DNA from: an uncultured Lachnospiraceae bacterium
Lineage (GTDB): Bacteria; Bacillota; Clostridia; Lachnospirales; Lachnospiraceae
NCBI GenBank assembly: GCA_905236365.1
Contig: CAJOPP010000408.1
Location: 1-25,138 of the forward strand
Length of the DNA stretch: 25,138 nt
Reading direction: 5' to 3'
A model generated the notes under the pieces. It was not told the origin of the DNA, made no database searches, and saw only the letters and a list, made by a program, of their open reading frames with translations. The first letter of the stretch is position 1. Every line of letters begins with the position of its first letter. Shown here one piece after another: positions 7,799 through 14,627 of the stretch. The position numbers were made by a program, and so were the translations under genes.

Positions 7799-8989
7799 TT
7801 ATTGTTTAATAATATCAGTTACCCTGATACCAAAGCTCTCTTCAATTACAACCACTTCACCTTTTGCTACCAATTTGCCATTTACCAATACATCAATCGG
7901 CTCCCCGGCAATTCTATCCAGCTCAATAATTGTGCCTGGTGCAAATTCCAAAATCTCCTTAATAGATTTACTTGTTCTTCCCAATTCAACAGTAACCTCT
8001 AACGGAACATCCATAATCAAATCAATGTTTTCCTGTTGCGTAATCGGATTGAATCCTACATTAAAAGGTTGAAACTGAACCGGTTGAACATTTACATCCT
8101 GGGCAGGCGGCATATAACCATATGGCATCCCCTGACCCATCATCGGCTGCCCTGTCATTGGTTGTCCCATCATCGGCTGTCCCATCATCGGCTGCCCTGT
8201 CATTGACTGACCTGTCATTTGGTCCTGAACAGGCGGCGAAGCTGGTGAAGCTGGTGAAGCATTCACTGTATTAGAATTGCTCACTGATGACTCTGAAGTA
8301 GCCGGTTCCTGAGTTGACTTAAATTTTGCATGCAACTCTTTTGCTAAATTGATTGGATATAGTTGCATGATACTGCTATCCACAAGATCACCAATTTCCA
8401 TTTTAAAAAAAACTTTAACAAATGTACTATTCTGAAGATTAGCAACCTTTGTATCATCAATCTCATCAATTAATTTTACCAATTCTGCAGAAGGCGGTGA
8501 AATATCTACCTTCTCATTCAGCATAGAAGAAAGTGATGTTGCCGATGAACCCATCATTTGATTCATTGCCTCACAGATTGCACTTAAATGTAAGTCTGAT
8601 AACTCATCCACTAAATTAGTACCATCTCCACCCATCATTAAATCTGTTATTACCTTAACATCATCCTCCCTAAGAATCAAGACATTACTACCCTCGATAC
8701 CTTCTTTGTAAGAAATATTAATAAAAACACAAGGTCTTTCATAACTTGCTACCAAATCATCCCACGTGCTGATTGACACAGACGGCGTTGTTATAGTCAC
8801 TTTTTGATTCACGAGAGAATAAAGTGTGGTTGCTGCGGTACCCATACAGATGTTCGAAATCTCTCCAATTGTGTCCTGTTCCTCCATGGTCAAAGGACTA
8901 TCAGAGGCAGAATCCGGGACTGCATCACTCGCATCGCCCATATTACCAAGCAATGCATTTATTTCTTCCTGTGATAACATTCCATCCAT
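7799..8989 (-). CDS. fliY: C-ring switch protein/CheY-P phosphatase FliY
   Basis: N-terminal LSQEEINALL peptide, two CheC-type E-x-x-N motifs (GEISN, CEAMN), and a C-terminal FliN/SpoA domain (MDVPLEVTVELG...GEVVVIEESFGIRVT). Confidence 0.96.
   Translation of the reverse strand: MDGMLSQEEINALLGNMGDASDAVPDSASDSPLTMEEQDTIGEISNICMGTAATTLYSLVNQKVTITTPSVSISTWDDLVASYERPCVFINISYKEGIEGSNVLILREDDVKVITDLMMGGDGTNLVDELSDLHLSAICEAMNQMMGSSATSLSSMLNEKVDISPPSAELVKLIDEIDDTKVANLQNSTFVKVFFKMEIGDLVDSSIMQLYPINLAKELHAKFKSTQEPATSESSVSNSNTVNASPASPASPPVQDQMTGQSMTGQPMMGQPMMGQPMTGQPMMGQGMPYGYMPPAQDVNVQPVQFQPFNVGFNPITQQENIDLIMDVPLEVTVELGRTSKSIKEILEFAPGTIIELDRIAGEPIDVLVNGKLVAKGEVVVIEESFGIRVTDIIKQ
8129..8218 (-). repeat. 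In-frame 15-bp tandem repeat x6 in fliY encoding M(T/M)GQ(S/P/G)
   Basis: Minus strand: ATGACAGGTCAGTCA / ATGACAGGGCAGCCG / ATGATGGGACAGCCG / ATGATGGGACAACCA / ATGACAGGGCAGCCG / ATGATGGGTCAGGGG. Confidence 0.95.
8234..8260 (-). repeat. In-frame 9-bp tandem repeat x3 in fliY encoding ASP-ASP-ASP (Ala-Ser-Pro)
   Basis: Minus strand: GCTTCACCA GCTTCACCA GCTTCGCCG. Confidence 0.9.
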
Positions 8990-8993
8990 TTCT

Positions 8994-9971
8994 CTACTCC
9001 TCTCTTATAATTTCTGTTACCTTAACGGCGTAATTTTCTGCACCGGAACCAGGTAACGCTTTAAATTTTACAATATTACCTACATAAACGTCTAATTCAT
9101 CATCTACATGAGAATTAAGCTTGATAATATCACCAACCTGTAAATTAATAAAATCCATAACTGAAATACTGCTTTTTCCTAGTAAAGCTTTGATTGGTAT
9201 TTGCGCCTTGTTGATGGTCGTCTCTATAAATTCATTATATACTTCTTCATCTCTACTTTGCATTGTAGAAAACCAGTACTTCGTATTCAACTTATCCATA
9301 ACATCTTCTAATGTTATAAAAGGCAAGCACACATTCATAAGACCTTCTACATTACCAATTGTAACATTAATAGTAATAATTGCAATCATCTCGCTCGGAG
9401 AAATAATTTGAGCAAACTGGGAATTTGTTTCAATCCTCTCAAGTCTTGGATGAATCTCAACTACGTTGCTCCATGGTTCTCTTAGCAGATCTACTAAAAT
9501 CGTAAAAATTCTCTCCAAAACACTCAATTCAATTTCCGAAAATTCTCTTGATTTTTCAAGTGGTTCCCCTAAACCTCCTAACATCCGGTCAATAATCGTA
9601 AAGCCCAGATTTGAAGCTAATTCAATAACAATATTTCCTTTGAGCGGTGCAAAATCAACAATCCCTAACAAAACAGGATTCGAAAGTGCGTTGGAAAACT
9701 CTGAATATGTAACCGCCTCAGAATTCATAACATCAACTTGAACATTTTTTCTCAAATATGCAGGTAGATTACTTGAAACCAATCTGCCAAAGTTTTCAAA
9801 AATAATCTCCAACGTACGCAAATGTTCCTTTGAAAACTTGGCAGGTCGTGCAAAATCATATTCTTTAATTTTTGCAGCGGGCTCATCATTGATCTCATCA
9901 ACATCCAACTCGCCTGAACTTAATTGTTTTAACAATGCATCTATCTCGTTTTGAGATAACACATCAGCCAT
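8994..9971 (-). CDS. fliM: C-ring switch protein FliM
   Basis: Start moved to ATG 9971 (SD GGAGGTGA) giving MADVLSQNEIDALL; also YDFARPAKFSKEHLRTL and a C-terminal SpoA domain. Confidence 0.97.
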   Translation of the reverse strand: MADVLSQNEIDALLKQLSSGELDVDEINDEPAAKIKEYDFARPAKFSKEHLRTLEIIFENFGRLVSSNLPAYLRKNVQVDVMNSEAVTYSEFSNALSNPVLLGIVDFAPLKGNIVIELASNLGFTIIDRMLGGLGEPLEKSREFSEIELSVLERIFTILVDLLREPWSNVVEIHPRLERIETNSQFAQIISPSEMIAIITINVTIGNVEGLMNVCLPFITLEDVMDKLNTKYWFSTMQSRDEEVYNEFIETTINKAQIPIKALLGKSSISVMDFINLQVGDIIKLNSHVDDELDVYVGNIVKFKALPGSGAENYAVKVTEIIREE

Positions 9972-10015
9972 GCTCTCACCTCCAATAGTAATATCTCCAT
10001 ACAATACATAGAAAA

Positions 10016-10525
10016 CTATTGGAATGTTAATTTGCTAAAAGAAACATTATAAATACACTGCGTTGCATATTTCTTTTGAAGCTTATCCAAAATCTGCTTT
10101 TTGATCTTATCCTGTGTTTCCTGATTAATAATCTCATCATATGTATAATTCTGAACAACATTACGTGCTTCATCAAATACTGCACCTTGTGCATCTGCCA
10201 AAACAGCATTCAGTTGTTCATAATCCTCAGAAGAATTATCAAGTTCCAGGGTTAAACCTAGTTGTACATAATGTGCTTTCTCACTACCGTCATTCTTCAG
10301 ATTTACAACCTGATCATCAATATTAAAGCTTGCAATATTTTCCAAGGCAACTCTCGTTTGACCATCTTCGCTTTCTAATTCAAGATTCAAAACAGATGCA
10401 ATCTCTGTGATTAAGTTGTTCGTTTTATTTGCTGATGGCATACAAACAAATACCAACATAATATTCAAAACCAAATTCACAACACAGAGTGCTAAAATAA
10501 TTACTGTAATCAAATTCTTCTTCAT
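10016..10525 (-). CDS. fliL: Stator-associated protein FliL
   Basis: One N-terminal TM helix, VVNLKNDG...HYVQLGLTLEL, ends CIYNVSFSKLTFQ; lies between motB and fliM. Confidence 0.88.
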   Translation of the reverse strand: MKKNLITVIILALCVVNLVLNIMLVFVCMPSANKTNNLITEIASVLNLELESEDGQTRVALENIASFNIDDQVVNLKNDGSEKAHYVQLGLTLELDNSSEDYEQLNAVLADAQGAVFDEARNVVQNYTYDEIINQETQDKIKKQILDKLQKKYATQCIYNVSFSKLTFQ

Positions 10526-10546
10526 ACTCGACTCCTAATCTTTTCA

Positions 10547-11449
10547 TTATGTGTTTGAATTCAACGGATTATATATCTTAATGGAAACCCGACGATTCTT
10601 CGCCCTTCCCTCTTCCGTTTTATTTGATTCAACCGGGCGGCTTTCACCATAGCCGGCAATCTTCATATTCTTATCAATTAATCTTGTCTGTTCCATCACA
10701 TATTCATATACTTTGGTTGCTCTGGCTGTCGACAGATACCGATTACTTTCATACTGTGCTGTATGAATTGGGATATTATCCGTATGCCCCTCTATCTCAA
10801 TCACACACTCCTTGTATTTTCCCATAATAGATGCAATCTTCTGCATAAATATCCTGGCATCATCCCTTATTTCTGCCGAACCGGCATCAAATAAAAGTGC
10901 ACCATTTAAATCCAAAGTAACATATTGTGCATTATAGTCCACAGAAATGATATCGTCAATATTATAAGACTCTGTCATTTGGGAAATCTCATCATACATC
11001 TCCTCAGACTGCTGAAGTCCTTGTTCTTCCATTTCTGCCTTCAGTTCTTTTTCAGATAACTCCGTTTTCTGTTGCTGTTCAAAAGATTCCGGTTGTCCAT
11101 CCTTCTTACTTTCCTCGTCACCTTCCGCACCATTTGCCGCTATTGATTCATTATTGCCATTCACTTCTGTTGCAACACCAATATGTTCCAAAACGGATTC
11201 AATGTTAGGAAGTTGTGTCACGCCACCCGAAACAATTGGTCCTTCTATTAGTGAAACCGCTCCTTGTTCAAAAATACTAAAGCTAATATCACTAAATGAT
11301 GCCATGATTCTTTGAATCTTTCCCTCATCCATCGTTGAACTGGCAAACAAAAGAACAAAAAAACAAAGTAACAGATTCATCAAATCACTAAATGTAGACA
11401 TCCACGCCGGCGAACCTTCCTCTGGTGGTTTTTCTTTTCTCTTTGCCAT
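10547..11449 (-). CDS. motB: Stator B subunit (MotB/MotS/PomB family)
   Basis: WMSTFSDLMNLLLCFFVLLF TM with conserved Asp22; OmpA-like peptidoglycan-binding domain (IEGHTDNIP, LSTARA, GYGESRP, NRRV). Confidence 0.96.
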   Translation of the reverse strand: MAKRKEKPPEEGSPAWMSTFSDLMNLLLCFFVLLFASSTMDEGKIQRIMASFSDISFSIFEQGAVSLIEGPIVSGGVTQLPNIESVLEHIGVATEVNGNNESIAANGAEGDEESKKDGQPESFEQQQKTELSEKELKAEMEEQGLQQSEEMYDEISQMTESYNIDDIISVDYNAQYVTLDLNGALLFDAGSAEIRDDARIFMQKIASIMGKYKECVIEIEGHTDNIPIHTAQYESNRYLSTARATKVYEYVMEQTRLIDKNMKIAGYGESRPVESNKTEEGRAKNRRVSIKIYNPLNSNT

Positions 11450-11451
11450 TC

Positions 11452-12237
11452 TTATTCACCACCCTCAGATAATCCTTCTCTCATACTAGGTGCAAGGAAG
11501 GATTTTAATTTTTCTTCAATCACTCTCGGATTCTCTCCTGCCTGTATAGACAATAAACCTTCTATCATAATTTCCTTGAGCTGAATCTCCTGATCATTAA
11601 AAAGTGACAATTTTCCAGAAACCGGAGCACTCAGCCAGTTTGCCAACACAGAACCATAAAACGTTGTAATCAAAGCTGTTGCCATAGATGGTCCAATCGA
11701 ATCAGGATCTGACAAATTCTTAAGCATAAGAACAAGACCGATCAAAGTACCAATCATACCCCACGCAGGCCCCATTGCACCGATTTGCTTCCAAAAAGCA
11801 ATATTGGCCTGATGTCTTGCATCCGTATTTACCAATTCTGCCTCCAAAATTCCACGAACAAGTTCAGGATCAGTACCATCCACAATTAGCAATATTCCCT
11901 TCTTCATAAACGGATCTTCCAATGTGTTCGCTGATTCTTCAAGTGCAAGCAAACCTTCCTTACGAGCAACATTTGATAAATCGATAATCTTCTTAATCGT
12001 ACCAACGCTGTCCAATTCCGGAACCTTAAAAATCAAAGTGATTGACTTCAAGCCACTTACAAATCCTTGTATGCTATTGCTCGCAAACACAGCTCCTAAT
12101 GTTCCTCCGAATGTAATCAAAACAGAAGGTACATCCACAAACCACGGTAAAGCAGCCACTCCAAAATCACCATTCGCCATACCAAAAACCATCAATGCGA
12201 ACGCCAATAGCAATCCTATAATTGATGCTAAATCCAA
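11452..12237 (-). CDS. motA: Stator A subunit (MotA/MotP/PomA family)
   Basis: Probable TTG start at 12237 (SD GAGGTG) giving MDLASIIG; motifs ARKEGLLALE, GPAWGMIGTLIGLV, ALITTFYG, SIQAGENPRVIEEKL. Confidence 0.96.
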   Translation of the reverse strand: MDLASIIGLLLAFALMVFGMANGDFGVAALPWFVDVPSVLITFGGTLGAVFASNSIQGFVSGLKSITLIFKVPELDSVGTIKKIIDLSNVARKEGLLALEESANTLEDPFMKKGILLIVDGTDPELVRGILEAELVNTDARHQANIAFWKQIGAMGPAWGMIGTLIGLVLMLKNLSDPDSIGPSMATALITTFYGSVLANWLSAPVSGKLSLFNDQEIQLKEIMIEGLLSIQAGENPRVIEEKLKSFLAPSMREGLSEGGE

Positions 12238-12269
12238 TTTCTCCACCTCTCCAATTCATAAGCATATTA

Positions 12270-12293
12270 AGATTTGTCACTTTTCACAAATCT
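12270..12293. promoter_or_regulatory. 24-bp near-perfect inverted repeat AGATTTGTCA-CTTT-TCACAAATCT in the motA leader (operator or RNA hairpin)
   Basis: 10-bp arms with one mismatch and a 4-nt spacer, read directly. Function is inferred. Confidence 0.55.
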
Positions 12294-12314
12294 CCTTCTC
12301 TAAAGCATAAAACT

Positions 12315-12323
12315 ATTATATCA
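12315..12323 (-). promoter_or_regulatory. Candidate sigma-A extended -10 promoter (TGaTATAAT) upstream of motA
   Basis: Perfect TGnTATAAT on the minus strand in the flbD-motA gap. The -35 position (17-nt spacer) is TAGAAT, only 3/6 to consensus. Confidence 0.6.
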
Positions 12324-12340
12324 CAAATAAACAAAATATT

Positions 12341-12541
12341 CTACTCAAATTTTACAAAAGTAGCAAATATTGCTCTTTTATATGCAATTACAAGATCCAT
12401 CACTTCCTGCCTGCTTTCTTTCACAATAATTTTTTTTCCCGTTGTCAGGGAAATCACTGTATCCGGTGTTTCTTCAATAAATTCAATAATCTCTGCATTT
12501 ACTGAAAATTTCATATCATTTAATTTTGTAAGTTCAATCAT
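12341..12541 (-). CDS. flbD: FlbD/SwrD-family small flagellar protein, 66 aa
   Basis: Start moved to ATG 12541 (SD GGAAGGGG): MIELTKLNDMKFSVNAEIIEFIEETPDTVISLTTGKKIIVKES, the FlbD-family pattern; lies between flgE and motA. Confidence 0.92.
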   Translation of the reverse strand: MIELTKLNDMKFSVNAEIIEFIEETPDTVISLTTGKKIIVKESRQEVMDLVIAYKRAIFATFVKFE

Positions 12542-12620
12542 AATATCCCCTTCCATATCAACCGTAAATTTATTACCATCCGCCGAATTCAGCAACACGC
12601 ATATATTGTAAATGCAATAT

Positions 12621-12648
12621 AGTATATATTCTTTCTGCAGCAATGCAA
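12621..12648 (-). promoter_or_regulatory. Candidate sigma-A promoter upstream of flbD: TTGCAT-N16-TATACT
   Basis: -35 is 4/6 and -10 is 5/6 to consensus with a 16-nt spacer. The region is AT-rich, so a chance match is possible. Confidence 0.35.
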
Positions 12649-12660
12649 TAATACCGTTAA

Positions 12661-12716
12661 ATACCCCGCATAAGCTGTAGAGCAACAAATTTGCAGTACA
12701 GCAAACTGCGGGGTAT
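12661..12716 (-). terminator. 56-nt imperfect stem-loop 14 nt after the flgE stop (atypical terminator or mRNA 3'-stabilising hairpin)
   Basis: ATACCCCGCA/TGCGGGGTAT 10-bp outer stem, GCTGTA/TACAGC and GCAA/TTGC inner stems; followed only by TTAAC, a weak U-tract. Confidence 0.6.
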
Positions 12717-12730
12717 ATTATCCATAGAAA

Positions 12731-14116
12731 TTACCTCTTAAGATTTACAAGTTCTTCAATTAATGTATCCGAAACTGTAATAATCCTTGAATTAGCCTGA
12801 AAGCCTCTTTGTGTAACAATCATTTCCGTAAATTCCTGAGAAAGATCCACATTTGACATTTCCAAAACGCCTTGTGTCATAGACTCACCCAACATACTAA
12901 CATCTTCACCAATACCATCAAATACACCAGATGCTCTCGTTTCTTGATATAAACTGTTACCAATCGCCTCTAATCCTGCCGGATTAACAAAATTAGCAAC
13001 TGCAACCTGCCCCATTAAACGTGTTACACCATTGTCATAAACGCCATATAACTGACCATTGGTGTTAATTGTTACATCCGTAAGAGTTCCTACTTGTCGA
13101 CCAGCTCCCAACAAATCTGTACCTCCTCGATGTGTTTCGACATTGCACTGCTTTCCCTTTGAATACATAGTCAAATTTGAACAATCAATCTCAATTCCGG
13201 TAATCCAATCATCCTGATCCGGTGCAGAAAGATCTTGAAAAACATTCCCTTTAACATCTGGATTGTTCGGTCTGATCTGTAATTCCAATCCTTTCACACC
13301 TTCTACACCACCCATACCTACAAAAGCACCGGTACTAGGATCAAATTTAATCGTAGACGCTCCTCCAACAAGTGTTGCCGTATATTTGTCATTTCCATCT
13401 CCCAAAATATTAACATTCCGTTCATCCCTAATGGAATCAAGAGCTAACGTATAAAGACTGGAATCATTCGGATCCTGCGTAATTTTAAACTTTACAACAT
13501 AGCTATACCCTAAATTATCATAAATAGAAACGGTTGTTGAAACGCCATCATCCGTTAAAAGACTTGCATCCGTTGCTACAATATTTCCCGTCATATAGGT
13601 TTTGGATGTCATTTCCGGTGCTGCTGTCTGAAATTCCTCTGCTTCCGGTCTTAATGCAGAAACCGTATCTCTTCTGACATTATTAGGATCATTCGGATCC
13701 ACCTGCCAGCCCATTACAAAATCACCATCACCGGTAACCAGGTTACCTGCATCATCCGTTTTAAAAGCTCCTACTTTTGTAAAATAATTAACACCACCAC
13801 GATTAACAATAAAGAATGAACTTCCGTTCAACATCAAGTCATATGGATTATTAGTAGACTGTGCCGAACCAGAAGACTGGGAAATTGCAATTGTCGCAAC
13901 ACTAGTTCCCAAACCGATCTGTTTTGCATTTCTACCACCCGAATTTGCCGTCGCACCAGTAGAACTCTGTGTTGTCTGATACAAAACATCCTTAAACAAT
14001 ACCTGACTGGATTTGAATCCAACCGTATTTACATTAGAAATATTATTACCAATAACATCCATTTTTGTCTGGTGTGTCTTAAGACCTGCAACACCAGAAT
14101 AAAGTGATCTCATCAT
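12731..14116 (-). CDS. flgE: Flagellar hook protein FlgE
   Basis: Start moved to ATG 14116 (SD AGGAGGT): MMRSLYSGVAGLKTHQTKMDVIGNNISNVNTVGFK; C-terminus LEMSNVDLSQEFTEMIVTQRGFQANSRII; 461 aa. Confidence 0.97.
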   Translation of the reverse strand: MMRSLYSGVAGLKTHQTKMDVIGNNISNVNTVGFKSSQVLFKDVLYQTTQSSTGATANSGGRNAKQIGLGTSVATIAISQSSGSAQSTNNPYDLMLNGSSFFIVNRGGVNYFTKVGAFKTDDAGNLVTGDGDFVMGWQVDPNDPNNVRRDTVSALRPEAEEFQTAAPEMTSKTYMTGNIVATDASLLTDDGVSTTVSIYDNLGYSYVVKFKITQDPNDSSLYTLALDSIRDERNVNILGDGNDKYTATLVGGASTIKFDPSTGAFVGMGGVEGVKGLELQIRPNNPDVKGNVFQDLSAPDQDDWITGIEIDCSNLTMYSKGKQCNVETHRGGTDLLGAGRQVGTLTDVTINTNGQLYGVYDNGVTRLMGQVAVANFVNPAGLEAIGNSLYQETRASGVFDGIGEDVSMLGESMTQGVLEMSNVDLSQEFTEMIVTQRGFQANSRIITVSDTLIEELVNLKR

Positions 14117-14193
14117 AGTTATCGACCTCCTAATCTCAACTGATGGTTTTCCCTCTCTGTCATTCAAGGGTAACTAGCCTCCAAAAGGTCCAG
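14117..14193 (-). promoter_or_regulatory. Candidate structured flgE leader with an anti-SD segment
   Basis: GACCUUUU (14183-14190) is complementary to AGGAGGUC (14124-14131) with two G-U pairs. An internal stem CCCUU/GAGGG encloses a GAAUGACAGA loop (14151-14170). Confidence 0.45.
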
Positions 14194-14598
14194 CTAGACA
14201 ATAACTGCTCCATCAATATTTGTGAATACATTACTTTCGTTCATTTCCTGATCCATTGCTGTAATCACTGTATTATTCTTAATGTTTACAATAAACGCAA
14301 TGTTATCCATCATTACAAGAGATTCCTGTATGCTTTTTTCTTTTGCTTGCTGAACAGCCTCATTCAGACGTTGTAACTGCTCTTCATTCAGGTTGATATT
14401 ACGACTTGCCAATCTGTCACTAGCATGTTTAGAAAAGGTCACGCCCTGTATCTCATATTGGGCTTCCTGTTTTTTTTCCAAAATTTGCCTAAATGAAAGT
14501 TCGTTTGTATTTTCTGTCTTCTTGCTCTGGCCTTCTCTATTCAGATAAAGATCTTTCACCTGATCAATAGACATAAATGAGTTTTGCAAACGATCCAT
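14194..14598 (-). CDS. Small flagellar-operon protein of unknown function (TIGR02530-like)
   Basis: 134 aa with VTFSKHASDRLASRNINL and NNTVITAMDQEMNESNVFTNIDGAVIV, the pattern of the conserved gene found between flgD and flgE in Firmicutes. Confidence 0.88.
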   Translation of the reverse strand: MDRLQNSFMSIDQVKDLYLNREGQSKKTENTNELSFRQILEKKQEAQYEIQGVTFSKHASDRLASRNINLNEEQLQRLNEAVQQAKEKSIQESLVMMDNIAFIVNIKNNTVITAMDQEMNESNVFTNIDGAVIV

Positions 14599-14627
14599 GT
14601 TATCGCCCCTCTTTCATAAAGTCATCT

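Noticed and set aside
10027-10209. Short same-strand, out-of-frame ORF inside fliL (likewise 21772-21957 inside fliF)
   Set aside because: Fully nested in established genes, with no recognisable motif or convincing SD.
12542-12688. 49-codon N-terminal extension of flbD in the ORF track
   Set aside because: It runs through the hairpin and promoter-like region. The family-typical start MIELTKLN at 12541 has its own SD.
14117-14167. 17-codon N-terminal extension of flgE in the ORF track
   Set aside because: The canonical MMRSLYSG start at 14116 has a strong AGGAGG SD, while the upstream ATG lies in the leader hairpin loop.
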